The notes under the pieces were generated by a model. That model worked only from the letters and a program-made list of their open reading frames with translations, searched no databases and had not been told where the DNA came from. DNA of 52,354 nt from Campylobacterota bacterium (lineage in GTDB: Bacteria; Campylobacterota_A; Desulfurellia; JAADFJ01). Made by a program: the position numbers and the translations under genes. Below, piece by piece: positions 29,127-38,279 of the stretch. The stretch spans positions 1-52,354 of the forward strand of contig JAADFJ010000083.1 of NCBI GenBank assembly GCA_013152955.1, in the 5' to 3' direction. Within the stretch, counting starts at the first letter, position 1. The number at the start of each line of letters is the position of its first letter.

Positions 29127-29909
29127 ATGATCAGCGCAGGGATAGATATAGGATCAAAAAATATTAAAGTTATCATACTTAATGGAAAGAAAACTATAGG
29201 AGAAGCGATTCGGACCAGCGGGGAGAATCAGGAAAAGGCAGTTGATGAGACTCTGGCATTGGCTGTTAAGAATGCGAAAATCGATCGATCCGATATCGAT
29301 AAGATCGCTGCAACTGGTATTGGAAGAAAAACTTTTAAAAATGCCGACTATGTAATAACAGATGTTACGGCCGGCGGACGCGGCATATTTGAATGCAATA
29401 ATTCCGTACGTACCGGCATTGAAATTGGAGCCGAGGAAAGCAAGGCAATCAGAGTCAGCCAGACCGGCAAAGTAACCGATTCTGCGGTGAACGAGAAATG
29501 TGCGGCAGGATCAGGTTCTTTTGTCGAATCAATGGCAAGGGCTTTAGGGATTAATGTAAAGCTGTTTGCAGAACTTGCCTTAAGCTCGGATGCAACGATA
29601 CCTATGAATGCTCAATGTGCAGTATTTGCGGAATCCGAGGTTGTTTCACTTATCGCTCAAAATACTTCACAGAAAGATATATCAAAAGCTGTACATGATT
29701 CTATTGCTTCGCGAGTCTCTTCGATGGCAAGAAGAGTAAAGCTTGAGCCTAAAATTGCAATTTTCGGCGGGTTGGCATACAACCCTGGTTTTGTGTCCGC
29801 TTTTAAGAAAAATTTGGAAATTGAGGAGATTTTTATTCCAGAAAAACCGCTTTTTGTTGATGCATTAGGCGCTGCGCTTTTGGCGCAAGAAAAAACGGTG
29901 GAGGATTGA
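29127..29909 (+). CDS. Benzoyl-CoA reductase ATP-binding subunit, BzdP/BcrD-like (BcrAD_BadFG ATPase)
   Basis: It has the ASKHA fold start GIDIGSKNIKV and the cluster-bridging motif NEKCAAGSGSF. Confidence 0.8.
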   Translation: MISAGIDIGSKNIKVIILNGKKTIGEAIRTSGENQEKAVDETLALAVKNAKIDRSDIDKIAATGIGRKTFKNADYVITDVTAGGRGIFECNNSVRTGIEIGAEESKAIRVSQTGKVTDSAVNEKCAAGSGSFVESMARALGINVKLFAELALSSDATIPMNAQCAVFAESEVVSLIAQNTSQKDISKAVHDSIASRVSSMARRVKLEPKIAIFGGLAYNPGFVSAFKKNLEIEEIFIPEKPLFVDALGAALLAQEKTVED

Positions 29910-29910
29910 T

Positions 29911-30819
29911 ATGACGCAGAAAGAGTATTGGAGATGGGATGAAAAATGCTGGAAAGATGAATCCATGGACAGTTCCGATACAAAAATCATTTCGGTTGGA
30001 ATCGATATTGGTTCAGTGAGCTCCGAGGCGGTGATCTGTCTTGACGGGAAATTTTATGCATCCAATACCGTACGCACCGGAAGCAACTCTCCCACCAGTG
30101 CAAAAGATGCGTTGAAGCCCTTGCTTGAACATGCGGAGATTTCTTATGAAGCTGTTGACTTTATTGTCGGGACTGGATACGGAAGGGTTAACATACCGTT
30201 CCAGGATAAGGCTGTAACTGAAATTGCATGTCATGGAAGAGGCGCCAACTATATGGTGGGGCCGTCCCTGAGGACAATTCTTGATATGGGAGGGCAGGAT
30301 TGTAAGGCAATTCATATTGACGAAAGAGGTAAAGTAACCAATTTCCTTATGAATGATAAGTGTGCTGCCGGAACGGGCCGGGGAATGGAAACAATAGCGG
30401 ATCTTTTAAAGGTACCGATTACCGAAATAGGGGACAGATCATTTCAGATAAATGCTCCTGCCGAGCCGATAAGCAATGTATGCGTTGTTTTTGCCAAATC
30501 CGAGGCTATGGCGATGGTAAAATCGGGAAAGACGCTAAACGAAGTGCTTGCCAGTTACTGCAAAGCTATGGCTGATCGTGTCACTCAGCTTTTGGACAGA
30601 ATAGGAATGGAGAAGGAATTTTTTATAACAGGCGGTATTTCAAAAAACAGGGGCGTAACAGAGCGCATTGAAGAAAATCTGGGCATAAAGGCGGTAAAAC
30701 CAAAAGATGAAAGACTTGATGCCCAGACGGCGGGTGCGTTGGGAGCTGCACTGTTTGGATTTGTTCTGGCAAGTAAAAAAGGAAGCAAAAAGGATACACG
30801 AAAAGGACAGATATTATGA
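29911..30819 (+). CDS. Benzoyl-CoA reductase ATP-binding subunit, BzdQ/BcrA-like (BcrAD_BadFG ATPase)
   Basis: It has GIDIGSVSSEAV and NDKCAAGTGRG. An ATGA overlap joins it to the ferredoxin gene. Confidence 0.8.
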   Translation: MTQKEYWRWDEKCWKDESMDSSDTKIISVGIDIGSVSSEAVICLDGKFYASNTVRTGSNSPTSAKDALKPLLEHAEISYEAVDFIVGTGYGRVNIPFQDKAVTEIACHGRGANYMVGPSLRTILDMGGQDCKAIHIDERGKVTNFLMNDKCAAGTGRGMETIADLLKVPITEIGDRSFQINAPAEPISNVCVVFAKSEAMAMVKSGKTLNEVLASYCKAMADRVTQLLDRIGMEKEFFITGGISKNRGVTERIEENLGIKAVKPKDERLDAQTAGALGAALFGFVLASKKGSKKDTRKGQIL

Positions 30820-31094
30820 TTGCCAACTATGGTTATATGGACGGCTCCGGCGAGTATTATATAACCATCGACACTGATAAATGCGCAGAATGCCGAGGTA
30901 AAATGTGTGTGACTGCGTGCCCCAAAGCTCTTTTTGAGCGTGTTACCGATGATTATGACGATGATGTAGTAAAGATTGCAGACGGTAAGGTAAAAGATAT
31001 CAGATACCAATGCATGGAATGCAAACCTCCCGGACATCCTGTGCTTCCATGTATTGCTGCCTGCACGCCTATGGCTTTGAAGCACAGCTGGTAA
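30816..31094 (+). CDS. 2x[4Fe-4S] ferredoxin (BzdM-like electron donor)
   Basis: The 92-aa protein has two Cys clusters (CAECRGKMCVTACP and CMECKP...CIAACTP). It lies immediately after the reductase genes. Confidence 0.75.
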   Translation: MIANYGYMDGSGEYYITIDTDKCAECRGKMCVTACPKALFERVTDDYDDDVVKIADGKVKDIRYQCMECKPPGHPVLPCIAACTPMALKHSW

Positions 31095-31100
31095 ATACAG

Positions 31101-32117
31101 ATGAAAATCGAGGTAAATGGAAAACAGTTGGATTTTACTGAGAAGCAGACGGTTTTGGAGCTGCTTGATCAAAAAAAGATCTATTTGCCGCGATTGTGCA
31201 CGTTTCCGGGATTGCAGAGCGCCGGAAATTGCAATATGTGCGTTGTTGAGATCAACGGTAAACTGGAATTAGCCTGCAAAATCGAAATATTGGAAGGCAT
31301 GAATATTGATACGGAAACCGAAGCGGCCGTCAGGGCAAGAAAGCAGGCGTTTTCCAAAATTATGTCATATCATCCGCATATTTGTCTTGTATGCGATCAA
31401 AAAGAGGGATGCGACAGGTTGACCTGCACATACGGAATACCGGTGGAGGAACGCTGCTGCAATCTTTTTGAAACATGCGAGATAAGAAAATTGACAGATC
31501 ATATTGGGCTGGATAAATCGACCGCAAATTTTTCTAATCCCGGACATACAATAATCAGGAACAAACTTTTTTTTTATAATCCTAATCTTTGTGTGGGGTG
31601 CGAAAGGTGTGTTAGAATATGCGAGACTGTTCCAAAGGCGGATGTGTGGCTCATGAAAGATTCCGATGGCAAGAAGATAGCATCAATAAGAGCGGAGGAT
31701 TTTAAGAGTTCGGGGTGCATATTTTGCGGTGCATGCGTCTTGGTCTGTCCGGCTGGAGCAATTAATATCAATGAAAGCAAGCCGTCTCTCGCGTGGATAA
31801 GGCGATCGGAAGAGAAGCTAAAGCTTCCAAAGCAAATTTTGCCGCCGATAAACAGCTTAAAGCTTGTTCAAAGCAATGTAAATACTGTTCCGGCTGGAAG
31901 CGGCGTCTATATCTTGTATGATAATTCAGGAGAGATTATAAAAATTAAAGGTGAAATGAATCTAAAAGATTCACTTGCCGGAGAGATTGGAAATGCAGAC
32001 CGATTTTCTTACGAACGGGCAGAGTTATATAGTACAAGAGAAAATGAACTGTTGTCCGGCTATATGAAACGCTACGGCAAAATGCCCGGATCGGACGAGA
32101 TGGATGATCTGTTCTGA
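31101..32117 (+). CDS. NuoG/HndD-N-terminal-like Fe-S protein ([2Fe-2S], His-ligated [4Fe-4S], 2x[4Fe-4S]) with a GIY-YIG/UvrC-N-like C-terminal domain
   Basis: The Fe-S motifs are C33-x10-C-x2-C-x11-C, HPHICLVCDQKEGC, CVGCERCVRIC and CIFCGACVLVCP. The C-terminal PAGSGVYILYDNSGEIIKIKGEMNLKDSL...TRENELLSGYMKRYGKMPG resembles the UvrC N-domain. Confidence 0.7.
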   Translation: MKIEVNGKQLDFTEKQTVLELLDQKKIYLPRLCTFPGLQSAGNCNMCVVEINGKLELACKIEILEGMNIDTETEAAVRARKQAFSKIMSYHPHICLVCDQKEGCDRLTCTYGIPVEERCCNLFETCEIRKLTDHIGLDKSTANFSNPGHTIIRNKLFFYNPNLCVGCERCVRICETVPKADVWLMKDSDGKKIASIRAEDFKSSGCIFCGACVLVCPAGAININESKPSLAWIRRSEEKLKLPKQILPPINSLKLVQSNVNTVPAGSGVYILYDNSGEIIKIKGEMNLKDSLAGEIGNADRFSYERAELYSTRENELLSGYMKRYGKMPGSDEMDDLF

Positions 32118-32182
32118 AAGTAGTAGAATCAATAGATACATCGTCAAATGCAGAGAGCGTGATAAGAATTTGAGAAACGAAT

Positions 32183-32455
32183 ATGAATGAAAGAATAAGA
32201 TATCCCAAAACGATGATGCACAGAAAAGGGAAATCAGCATTTGAGAAAAAAATGGAAAATGAAGGCTGGGAAAAACGAGCTGTTGTTGATGGTCAGAGAG
32301 TAGACGAGCTGAGAGAGCTGTATGAGGAAATGGGATTTGAGGTTTTGCTTGTGCCGGTTAGCGTTAATGGAGGAGGGCTTGCGTGCGATTCCTGTTTCAG
32401 CGATGTCAAAAAAGTTCCTGATAGCTTTCAGGTAATCTATACTAAAAAATTGTAA
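32183..32455 (+). CDS. Hypothetical small protein (up to 90 aa)
   Basis: It is an ORF in operon context, but the RBS is weak and several in-frame ATGs exist. I do not recognise the family. Confidence 0.4.
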   Translation: MNERIRYPKTMMHRKGKSAFEKKMENEGWEKRAVVDGQRVDELRELYEEMGFEVLLVPVSVNGGGLACDSCFSDVKKVPDSFQVIYTKKL

Positions 32456-32521
32456 GCGGTGAAAAAAAGGAGTAAATTTACTGCTCAAGACTTATACTGA
32501 AAATGAATAAGGGGGACAACA

Positions 32522-32962
32522 ATGAACGATGTTGAAGTAAGATTGTTGAAAAAAGAAGATTTTGATGCGATTGTAAAAATAGATAGCGAAATAACAGGAG
32601 AAAATCGCATCGATTATTATAAAAGAAAATTTTCTCACAGAGATGCCGAATCAAGAATCGGTACATCGCTTGTAGCACTTATTGATGGAGAACCGGTTGG
32701 ATTTCTTTTGGCCGATCTGTTTTATGGCGAGTACGGAATACCTGATGCCAATGTATTTATAGATACCATCGGGGTCATTCCCGCTTTTAGAGGCAGAAGT
32801 GTTGGGTTTGCGCTTATGGATCAATTAAAAATGAATCTTAAGGCAGTTAATGCGGATAAAATCTATACGCTTGTTGACTGGAGCGATTTTACACTTATCT
32901 CATTTTTTCAACGATCCGGCTTTGCTCCTTCAAGCAGAATTTCTTTAGAATGCAAAATATAG
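32522..32962 (+). CDS. GNAT-family N-acetyltransferase
   Basis: The 146-aa protein has the acetyl-CoA-binding region IGVIPAFRGRSVGFALM (Q/RxxGxG/A). Strong RBS AAGGGGGA. Confidence 0.75.
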   Translation: MNDVEVRLLKKEDFDAIVKIDSEITGENRIDYYKRKFSHRDAESRIGTSLVALIDGEPVGFLLADLFYGEYGIPDANVFIDTIGVIPAFRGRSVGFALMDQLKMNLKAVNADKIYTLVDWSDFTLISFFQRSGFAPSSRISLECKI

Positions 32963-33086
32963 GGCGTCTCTAATAATTCATGAACGACTACTTTGAGCTC
33001 CGAGCCGGCTTCATCTGTGTTGAACGCGCAGGCAGACGGATTCGGACTTTCAATCCGGACGCTCAGAATTAATAGAGGCGCCCTAT
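32959..33086. repeat. 128-bp imperfect palindromic element with 21-bp terminal inverted repeats
   Basis: ATAGGGCGTCTCTAATAATTC (32959-32979) pairs with GAATTAATAGAGGCGCCCTAT (33066-33086) at 19/21 positions. The interior also partly self-pairs (GAGCTCCG / CGGACGCTC). The left arm overlaps the GNAT stop codon. Single copy in this window. Confidence 0.6.
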
Positions 33087-33115
33087 AGATTTATAACTAC
33101 AAAGAGGGGAAGAGC

Positions 33116-34309
33116 ATGAAAAATATAAACGATGTTGTTTTTGTTGCGGCGGTAAGATCACCGATGGGAAGATTCGGCGGCACAATGAAAAATTTAAAAT
33201 GTTACGAAATTGCTCAGTTTCCGATAAGAGAGGCGCTGAAAAGAGCGGCTGTTTCCGGAGGAGAACTGGGTGAAGCGGTTATAGGAACCTGCAGGCAGGC
33301 TGGAAATTATGTGAATCCTGCTCACACTGCGGCTTATCTTGGAGGTATACCCTATACAGTTCCGTCAGTATCTATAAATGAAGCGTGTCCTTCCGGTATG
33401 AAAGCGGTTCAGATGGCGATGCAGACTATTCAAGTTGGTGCCGCTGATATTGTTTTGGCCGGCGGCATGGAAAGCATGTCAACGATACCGTATCTGATAA
33501 GAGGCTACAGGTTTCGTCCATTCAGATTCGGGGATATAAAGCTTGAGGACGGCTGGACTGATTCAGCTGATCCGGTTGTGAATCTTTCTATGGGTCAAAC
33601 CGCAGAGCTTCTCGTGGATAAGTATTCGATCACCAGAAAGGAGATGGACGAATTTGCGCTCTCAAGCCACAAAAAAGCGGCCGAAGCTCAGGACAACGGC
33701 TGGTTTGACGAAGAGATTGCGCCGGTAACTATACCTGCGACAAAAAAGACAGAAGAAAGAATCTTTGATAAAGATGAATCGATAAGGCGTGATACCAATA
33801 TGCAGAAACTTGCTAAACTTTCCGGAGCATTCAGGCAAAACGGTAATGTGACTGCCGGAAACTCCTCGGGTTTGACAGATGGAGCCGCTGCTCTTGTTGC
33901 GATGGACAGAGAGGTTGCAAAATCAAAAGGAGCCGCGCCGTTGTTTTCGCTGGTCGGTTATGCTCATGTCGCTGTTGATGGGAAATATATGGGAGAAGGG
34001 CCCGCGGTATCTATAAAAAAGGCGCTTAGAGGGGCAAAAATGGAACTGTCTGATATGGATTTGATAGAGGTAAATGAAGCGTTTAGTGCTCAAATTATTG
34101 CGAACGAACGTGTTTTGGACTGGAATAGAGACAGACTTAATATTAACGGCGGTGCAATAGCTTTGGGTCATCCCACCGGCTGCTCAGGTGCGAGAATAGT
34201 GGTGACGCTCTATTATGCCCTGAAGCGGCTTGATAAGGAATACGGCATTGCCGCTATATGCGGCGGGGGCGGAACGACTGCTGCCGTTATACTAAAGAGA
34301 GAAAGTTGA
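33116..34309 (+). CDS. Acetyl-CoA C-acyltransferase (thiolase)
   Basis: It has the active-site Cys region INEACPSGMKAV, C-terminal NINGGAIALGHPTGCSG and CGGGG. Confidence 0.9.
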   Translation: MKNINDVVFVAAVRSPMGRFGGTMKNLKCYEIAQFPIREALKRAAVSGGELGEAVIGTCRQAGNYVNPAHTAAYLGGIPYTVPSVSINEACPSGMKAVQMAMQTIQVGAADIVLAGGMESMSTIPYLIRGYRFRPFRFGDIKLEDGWTDSADPVVNLSMGQTAELLVDKYSITRKEMDEFALSSHKKAAEAQDNGWFDEEIAPVTIPATKKTEERIFDKDESIRRDTNMQKLAKLSGAFRQNGNVTAGNSSGLTDGAAALVAMDREVAKSKGAAPLFSLVGYAHVAVDGKYMGEGPAVSIKKALRGAKMELSDMDLIEVNEAFSAQIIANERVLDWNRDRLNINGGAIALGHPTGCSGARIVVTLYYALKRLDKEYGIAAICGGGGTTAAVILKRES

Positions 34310-35034
34310 TTAAGATTGATCTGGCAGGTCAGATTGCGATAGTGACAGGAGGCAACCGAGGTATTGGAGATACAATTGCATCAACGCTTCTTAAAGCCGG
34401 AGCTTCAGTTGCGGCGATAGATCTTAATATGGAAAATCATGAGTATGATAAAGCGAGATATCTGCCTATACAATCGGATGTTTCTGACTTTGACGCTGCC
34501 AAAACGGTTGTAAAACAGGTTTTTGATCGGTTTGGAAGAATCGATATTGTAGTTGCAAACGCCGGAATCAACAGAGACCAGGTTCTTTGGAAGATGACAA
34601 AAGAGAATTGGGAAGATGTAATAAAAATTGATCTTGGAGGCGCATTTAACTATTTTGCTGCAGCCAGTTCGATTATGAAAGAACAGAGATCGGGAAAACT
34701 TATCGCGATCTCATCAATAAACGGATTGAGAGGCAAATTCGGACAAACAAATTATTCGGCGGCCAAGGCGGGGGTTGTGGGACTTGTTAAAGCCGCAGCG
34801 AAGGAACTTGGAAAATATTCAGTCAGAGCAAACGTAGTAGCTCCCGGTTTTATAATAACCGAAATGACAAACAAGATGCCTCAGAAGTTTAAAGATGCCG
34901 CGATTGATGAAACCGCGTTGAAGAAAGCCGGCAGAACTGATGATATTGCAAACGCGGTCGTCTTCCTCGCGTCCGATCTTTCAAGCCATATTACCGGGGA
35001 GATAATTAAAGTTGACGGTGGACAATATATTTAA
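34306..35034 (+). CDS. Short-chain dehydrogenase/reductase (FabG-like 3-oxoacyl/3-hydroxyacyl reductase)
   Basis: It has TGGNRGIG, NAG and YSAAK. I chose the TTG start at 34306, which overlaps the thiolase TGA and gives a typical ~242 aa. The ORF-track start at 34258 lies inside the thiolase gene. Confidence 0.8.
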   Translation: MIKIDLAGQIAIVTGGNRGIGDTIASTLLKAGASVAAIDLNMENHEYDKARYLPIQSDVSDFDAAKTVVKQVFDRFGRIDIVVANAGINRDQVLWKMTKENWEDVIKIDLGGAFNYFAAASSIMKEQRSGKLIAISSINGLRGKFGQTNYSAAKAGVVGLVKAAAKELGKYSVRANVVAPGFIITEMTNKMPQKFKDAAIDETALKKAGRTDDIANAVVFLASDLSSHITGEIIKVDGGQYI

Positions 35035-35048
35035 ATTGCGGCAGGAAT

Positions 35049-35100
35049 AGGTTATAGGTTTTTTTGACCCGAAACCTGTAACCTAAAACCCGAAACCTAT
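35049..35100 (+). repeat. Intercistronic hairpin with a duplicated 3' arm
   Basis: AGGTTATAGGTTT (35049-35061) pairs with AAACCTGTAACCT (35072-35084), 13 bp including one G-U. A second ACCCGAAACCTATAC copy follows and could pair alternatively. No U-tract. Confidence 0.4.
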
Positions 35101-35120
35101 ACTTACTATATGGAGGCGGA

Positions 35121-35879
35121 ATGGATAAGATTTTATACAAAAAGGAACTGTCGGTTGCTAAAATAATAATCAACGATCCTCCTTACAATGTGATTAATAT
35201 TGCAATGATGGAGAATATTGCCGATGCTGTCAGAAAAGCCGGAAGCGATGAGGAAATATCAATTATTGTGATTAGTGCAGCTGGTGATAAATCGTTTTGC
35301 AGCGGTGTTGATGTGGCTGATCACACAAAAGAAAACACGCCGCGTATGCTGAAGGCGTTTTCGGACATTTTTGTTGAACTTTCTAAAACGGACAAGCTGA
35401 CAGTGGCTGCGGCAAGAGGTTTTGCCTTTGGCGGGGGATGCGAACTGCTTCTTGGTACAGATCTTGTTGTTGCAGACGATACTTTGAAAGTGGGACAGCC
35501 GGAGATAAAACTTGGCGTATTTCCACCTGTTGCGATGATTTTGATGCCTGAAATAATAGGCCAAAGAAACGCTAAAGAGCTTATTTTTTCCGGCAAAACT
35601 ATCGACGCGGAAACTGCCAAACAGATGGGACTGGTAAATGAGATATTCGCAAAAGAGGAATTTGATAAATCTTTAAAAAAATATATCTCCCGCTTTGCAG
35701 GCTTGTCTCGATCCGTATTAAGGCTGACAAAACGCACCTTGACAAAAAAGGAACATTTGGAAGAGAGTTTTAAAGAGATGAATGATGTTTATATAGAAAA
35801 ATTGATGAATCTTTGTGATGCAAATGAAGGGATATCAGCTTTTATTGAAAAGCGAAAACCTGCATGGAAACATTCTTAG
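35121..35879 (+). CDS. Enoyl-CoA hydratase (crotonase family), positionally the dienoyl-CoA hydratase (Dch/BzdW-like)
   Basis: It has the crotonase oxyanion-hole region FCSGVDV...GGGCELLL. The specific role is assigned from gene order (hydratase, dehydrogenase, hydrolase). Confidence 0.65.
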   Translation: MDKILYKKELSVAKIIINDPPYNVINIAMMENIADAVRKAGSDEEISIIVISAAGDKSFCSGVDVADHTKENTPRMLKAFSDIFVELSKTDKLTVAAARGFAFGGGCELLLGTDLVVADDTLKVGQPEIKLGVFPPVAMILMPEIIGQRNAKELIFSGKTIDAETAKQMGLVNEIFAKEEFDKSLKKYISRFAGLSRSVLRLTKRTLTKKEHLEESFKEMNDVYIEKLMNLCDANEGISAFIEKRKPAWKHS

Positions 35880-35891
35880 GAGGAATTGCAG

Positions 35892-36956
35892 ATGAATGAC
35901 AAGATAAAAACATGGCAGATGTCTAAACCCGGAAATCTGGCAATGACGCTGATTGATATGCCGAGACCTAAAGAAGGTGAGGTGATTGTAGAGATAGCCG
36001 GATGCGGTGTATGCCATACCGATATCGGATATTTTTATGATGGTGTTCCTACTGTTACGCCGCCGCCTTTAACCTTAGGACATGAAATATCGGGAACAGT
36101 GGTGCGCGGTGATTCCGGACTAGTAGGCAAAGAGGTGATAATTCCAGCCGTAATGCCGTGCGGAGAATGTGAAATCTGCAGGCAGGGAAGAGAAAACAGA
36201 TGTCTTAAACAGAAAATGCCGGGTAACTCGCTCGGAATATATGGAGGATTTTCGTCGCATATCCCTGTTCCGTCAAAAGATCTTTGCGTTGTTGATGAGC
36301 GAGCCGGGATAGATCTGGCAGATATGGCGGTTATTGCCGATGCGGTTACAACACCCTATCAAGCAGCAAAAAGAGTTGACCTCAAGCAGGGCGATGTTGT
36401 GATAATTACAGGTGCTGCAGGCGGAGTCGGTTCATATATGACTCAAATAGCGAGAGCGTTTGGTGCGAAATTTATTATCGGTATTGAGTATGGAAACAGC
36501 AAGGCAAAAAAAGCCGAAGCGCTTGGCATTGATCTCGTTGTTGACAGTCAGAAAAATGACCCTAAAGAAATTAAAAAAATTATTAAAGAAAGATTGAAAA
36601 TAGAAGGCATAGGCAACTTCGGTCTAAAAATTTTTGAGGTAACGGGAAATGCTCAGGCGCAGCTTATAGCGCTGTCGCTTCTTACCTTTATAAGTAAACT
36701 TGCGGTAATAGGGTACGGTATGGCAAAAAATAGTTTTATGTTCTCAAAACTAATGGCTTATGACGCTGAAATTATCGGGACATGGGGCTGCAAACCGAAA
36801 TATTATCCTGACGTACTGAAGCTTGTTGCAGAAAAAAAAATCTTAATAGAACCTTATGTTGAAAAGCGTCCGATGAGTCAAATTGAGAAAACATTCAAAG
36901 AAGCAAAAGAGGGCAAACTTGAAAAACGAGTTGTGCTCATTCCAGATTTTGATTAG
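35892..36956 (+). CDS. Zn-dependent alcohol dehydrogenase family, positionally 6-hydroxycyclohex-1-ene-1-carbonyl-CoA dehydrogenase (Had/BzdX-like)
   Basis: It has GCGVCHTD, the structural-Zn Cys cluster CGECEICRQGRENRC and the Rossmann motif GAAGGVG. The ATG at 35892 lies 9 nt after GGAGG; the ORF-track start at 35886 is TTG. Confidence 0.7.
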   Translation: MNDKIKTWQMSKPGNLAMTLIDMPRPKEGEVIVEIAGCGVCHTDIGYFYDGVPTVTPPPLTLGHEISGTVVRGDSGLVGKEVIIPAVMPCGECEICRQGRENRCLKQKMPGNSLGIYGGFSSHIPVPSKDLCVVDERAGIDLADMAVIADAVTTPYQAAKRVDLKQGDVVIITGAAGGVGSYMTQIARAFGAKFIIGIEYGNSKAKKAEALGIDLVVDSQKNDPKEIKKIIKERLKIEGIGNFGLKIFEVTGNAQAQLIALSLLTFISKLAVIGYGMAKNSFMFSKLMAYDAEIIGTWGCKPKYYPDVLKLVAEKKILIEPYVEKRPMSQIEKTFKEAKEGKLEKRVVLIPDFD

Positions 36957-36965
36957 GAGGGAATT

Positions 36966-38096
36966 ATGTCATTAAAATGGTTGCCGAGAGATAACAGTTT
37001 AAAGGATCATTCGCTTTTTAAATCGGACTATTGGGGCGCAGATGCGCCGTCGGTGATCTATGAGAAGCGTCCTATTGTTCAGAAAGACGGAACCGTATCA
37101 AGAAAATTATACAGTGCATGGATAATTTTGAACAATCCGGCGCAATACAATTCTTATACCACAAAAATGGTAAAGGGTGTAATTGCTGGTTTTCAAGCTG
37201 CATCAAGTGATCGATCGGTTACTGCAGTGGTGTTTACGGGTACCGGAGAAAAGGCGTTCTGTACCGGAGGAAATACAAAAGAGTATTCGGAATATTACGG
37301 GAAAAGGCCGTCTGAATACGGTGAGTATATGGATCTGTTTAACGGAATGGTGGATTCTATTCTCAATTGCAAAAAACCGGTTATATGCAGAGTGAACGGC
37401 ATGAGAATTGCGGGAGGTCAGGAGATAGGGATGGCGTGCGATCTCTCTGTATCATCGGATCTCGCTCTATTTGGACAGGCGGGCCCCGCCCATGGATCTG
37501 CGCCGGTAGGAGGGTCAACCGATTTTCTTCCGTGGCTTATGACCAGTGAAGATGCGATGTATAATGCCGTATCATGTGAGTTTTGGTCAGCGTACAAAAT
37601 GAAAGCGAAAAATGCGTTGACAGAAGTTGTTCCTGTGCTTACCGACGGGAATAAATATTATAGAAATCCTCTGGTTATAACGGAATATTTTTTAAATGAC
37701 GGTGTAATTGTTTACGGTGAGTCAAAAACAGGCGAGGCGCTTGATCGCGCAAAAAGACGGATCAAAGAGCTCGAAGTTGATTTTTCAAAGCTTGATGCGT
37801 CTATAAACAGGCTTATCTGGAAATTTACAAATCTTTTCCCGGGATGTCTTGCGATGAGTATAGATGCGATTCGTGCAAAGAAAAAGTTTTTCTGGGATCA
37901 GTCAAAACTTTCAAGCAGACATTGGCTTGCGGCTAATATGAACTATGAAGCATTTTTAGGATTTACAGCTTTTAACAATAAAAAGGCGACAGGGGCTGAC
38001 AAAATTAACTTTATCAAATTCAGAGAGGCAATAGCAGACGGCAAAGAGCTGAATGATAAACTTTTTGATGAGATTCTACCAAAACCAAAAGTATAG
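36966..38096 (+). CDS. Crotonase-family ring-cleaving hydrolase, 6-oxocyclohex-1-ene-1-carbonyl-CoA hydrolase (Oah/BamA/BzdY-like)
   Basis: The 376-aa protein is a long crotonase (VVFTGTGEKAFCTGGN, GGQEIGMACDL). Its size and position after Had match the BamA/Oah family. Confidence 0.7.
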   Translation: MSLKWLPRDNSLKDHSLFKSDYWGADAPSVIYEKRPIVQKDGTVSRKLYSAWIILNNPAQYNSYTTKMVKGVIAGFQAASSDRSVTAVVFTGTGEKAFCTGGNTKEYSEYYGKRPSEYGEYMDLFNGMVDSILNCKKPVICRVNGMRIAGGQEIGMACDLSVSSDLALFGQAGPAHGSAPVGGSTDFLPWLMTSEDAMYNAVSCEFWSAYKMKAKNALTEVVPVLTDGNKYYRNPLVITEYFLNDGVIVYGESKTGEALDRAKRRIKELEVDFSKLDASINRLIWKFTNLFPGCLAMSIDAIRAKKKFFWDQSKLSSRHWLAANMNYEAFLGFTAFNNKKATGADKINFIKFREAIADGKELNDKLFDEILPKPKV

Positions 38097-38097
38097 C

Positions 38098-38125
38098 TTG
38101 ACATCGAATAGCTTGAATTTACAAT
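38098..38125 (+). promoter_or_regulatory. Sigma70-like promoter TTGACA-16-TACAAT
   Basis: -35 is at 38098-38103, 2 nt after the hydrolase stop, and -10 at 38120-38125. It is followed by about 150 nt of leader, then element copy e, then the ligase gene. Confidence 0.45.
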
Positions 38126-38279
38126 GGTATTAAGGATAACTTAGTTAATACTCACTTTGCGCGCTAAATAGTAATTATATAAGGGGGACTATTGATGCAT
38201 GGGTAAGCAGCAGTGCATACTCTAATTTTTCTCAAAGAACTGTTTAACGCGCAGGGTGAACTTATATTGTTATATTATG

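Noticed and set aside
30585-31172. 195-aa minus-strand ORF
   Set aside because: It is antisense to the reductase ATPase subunit and the ferredoxin, both of which have clear motifs.
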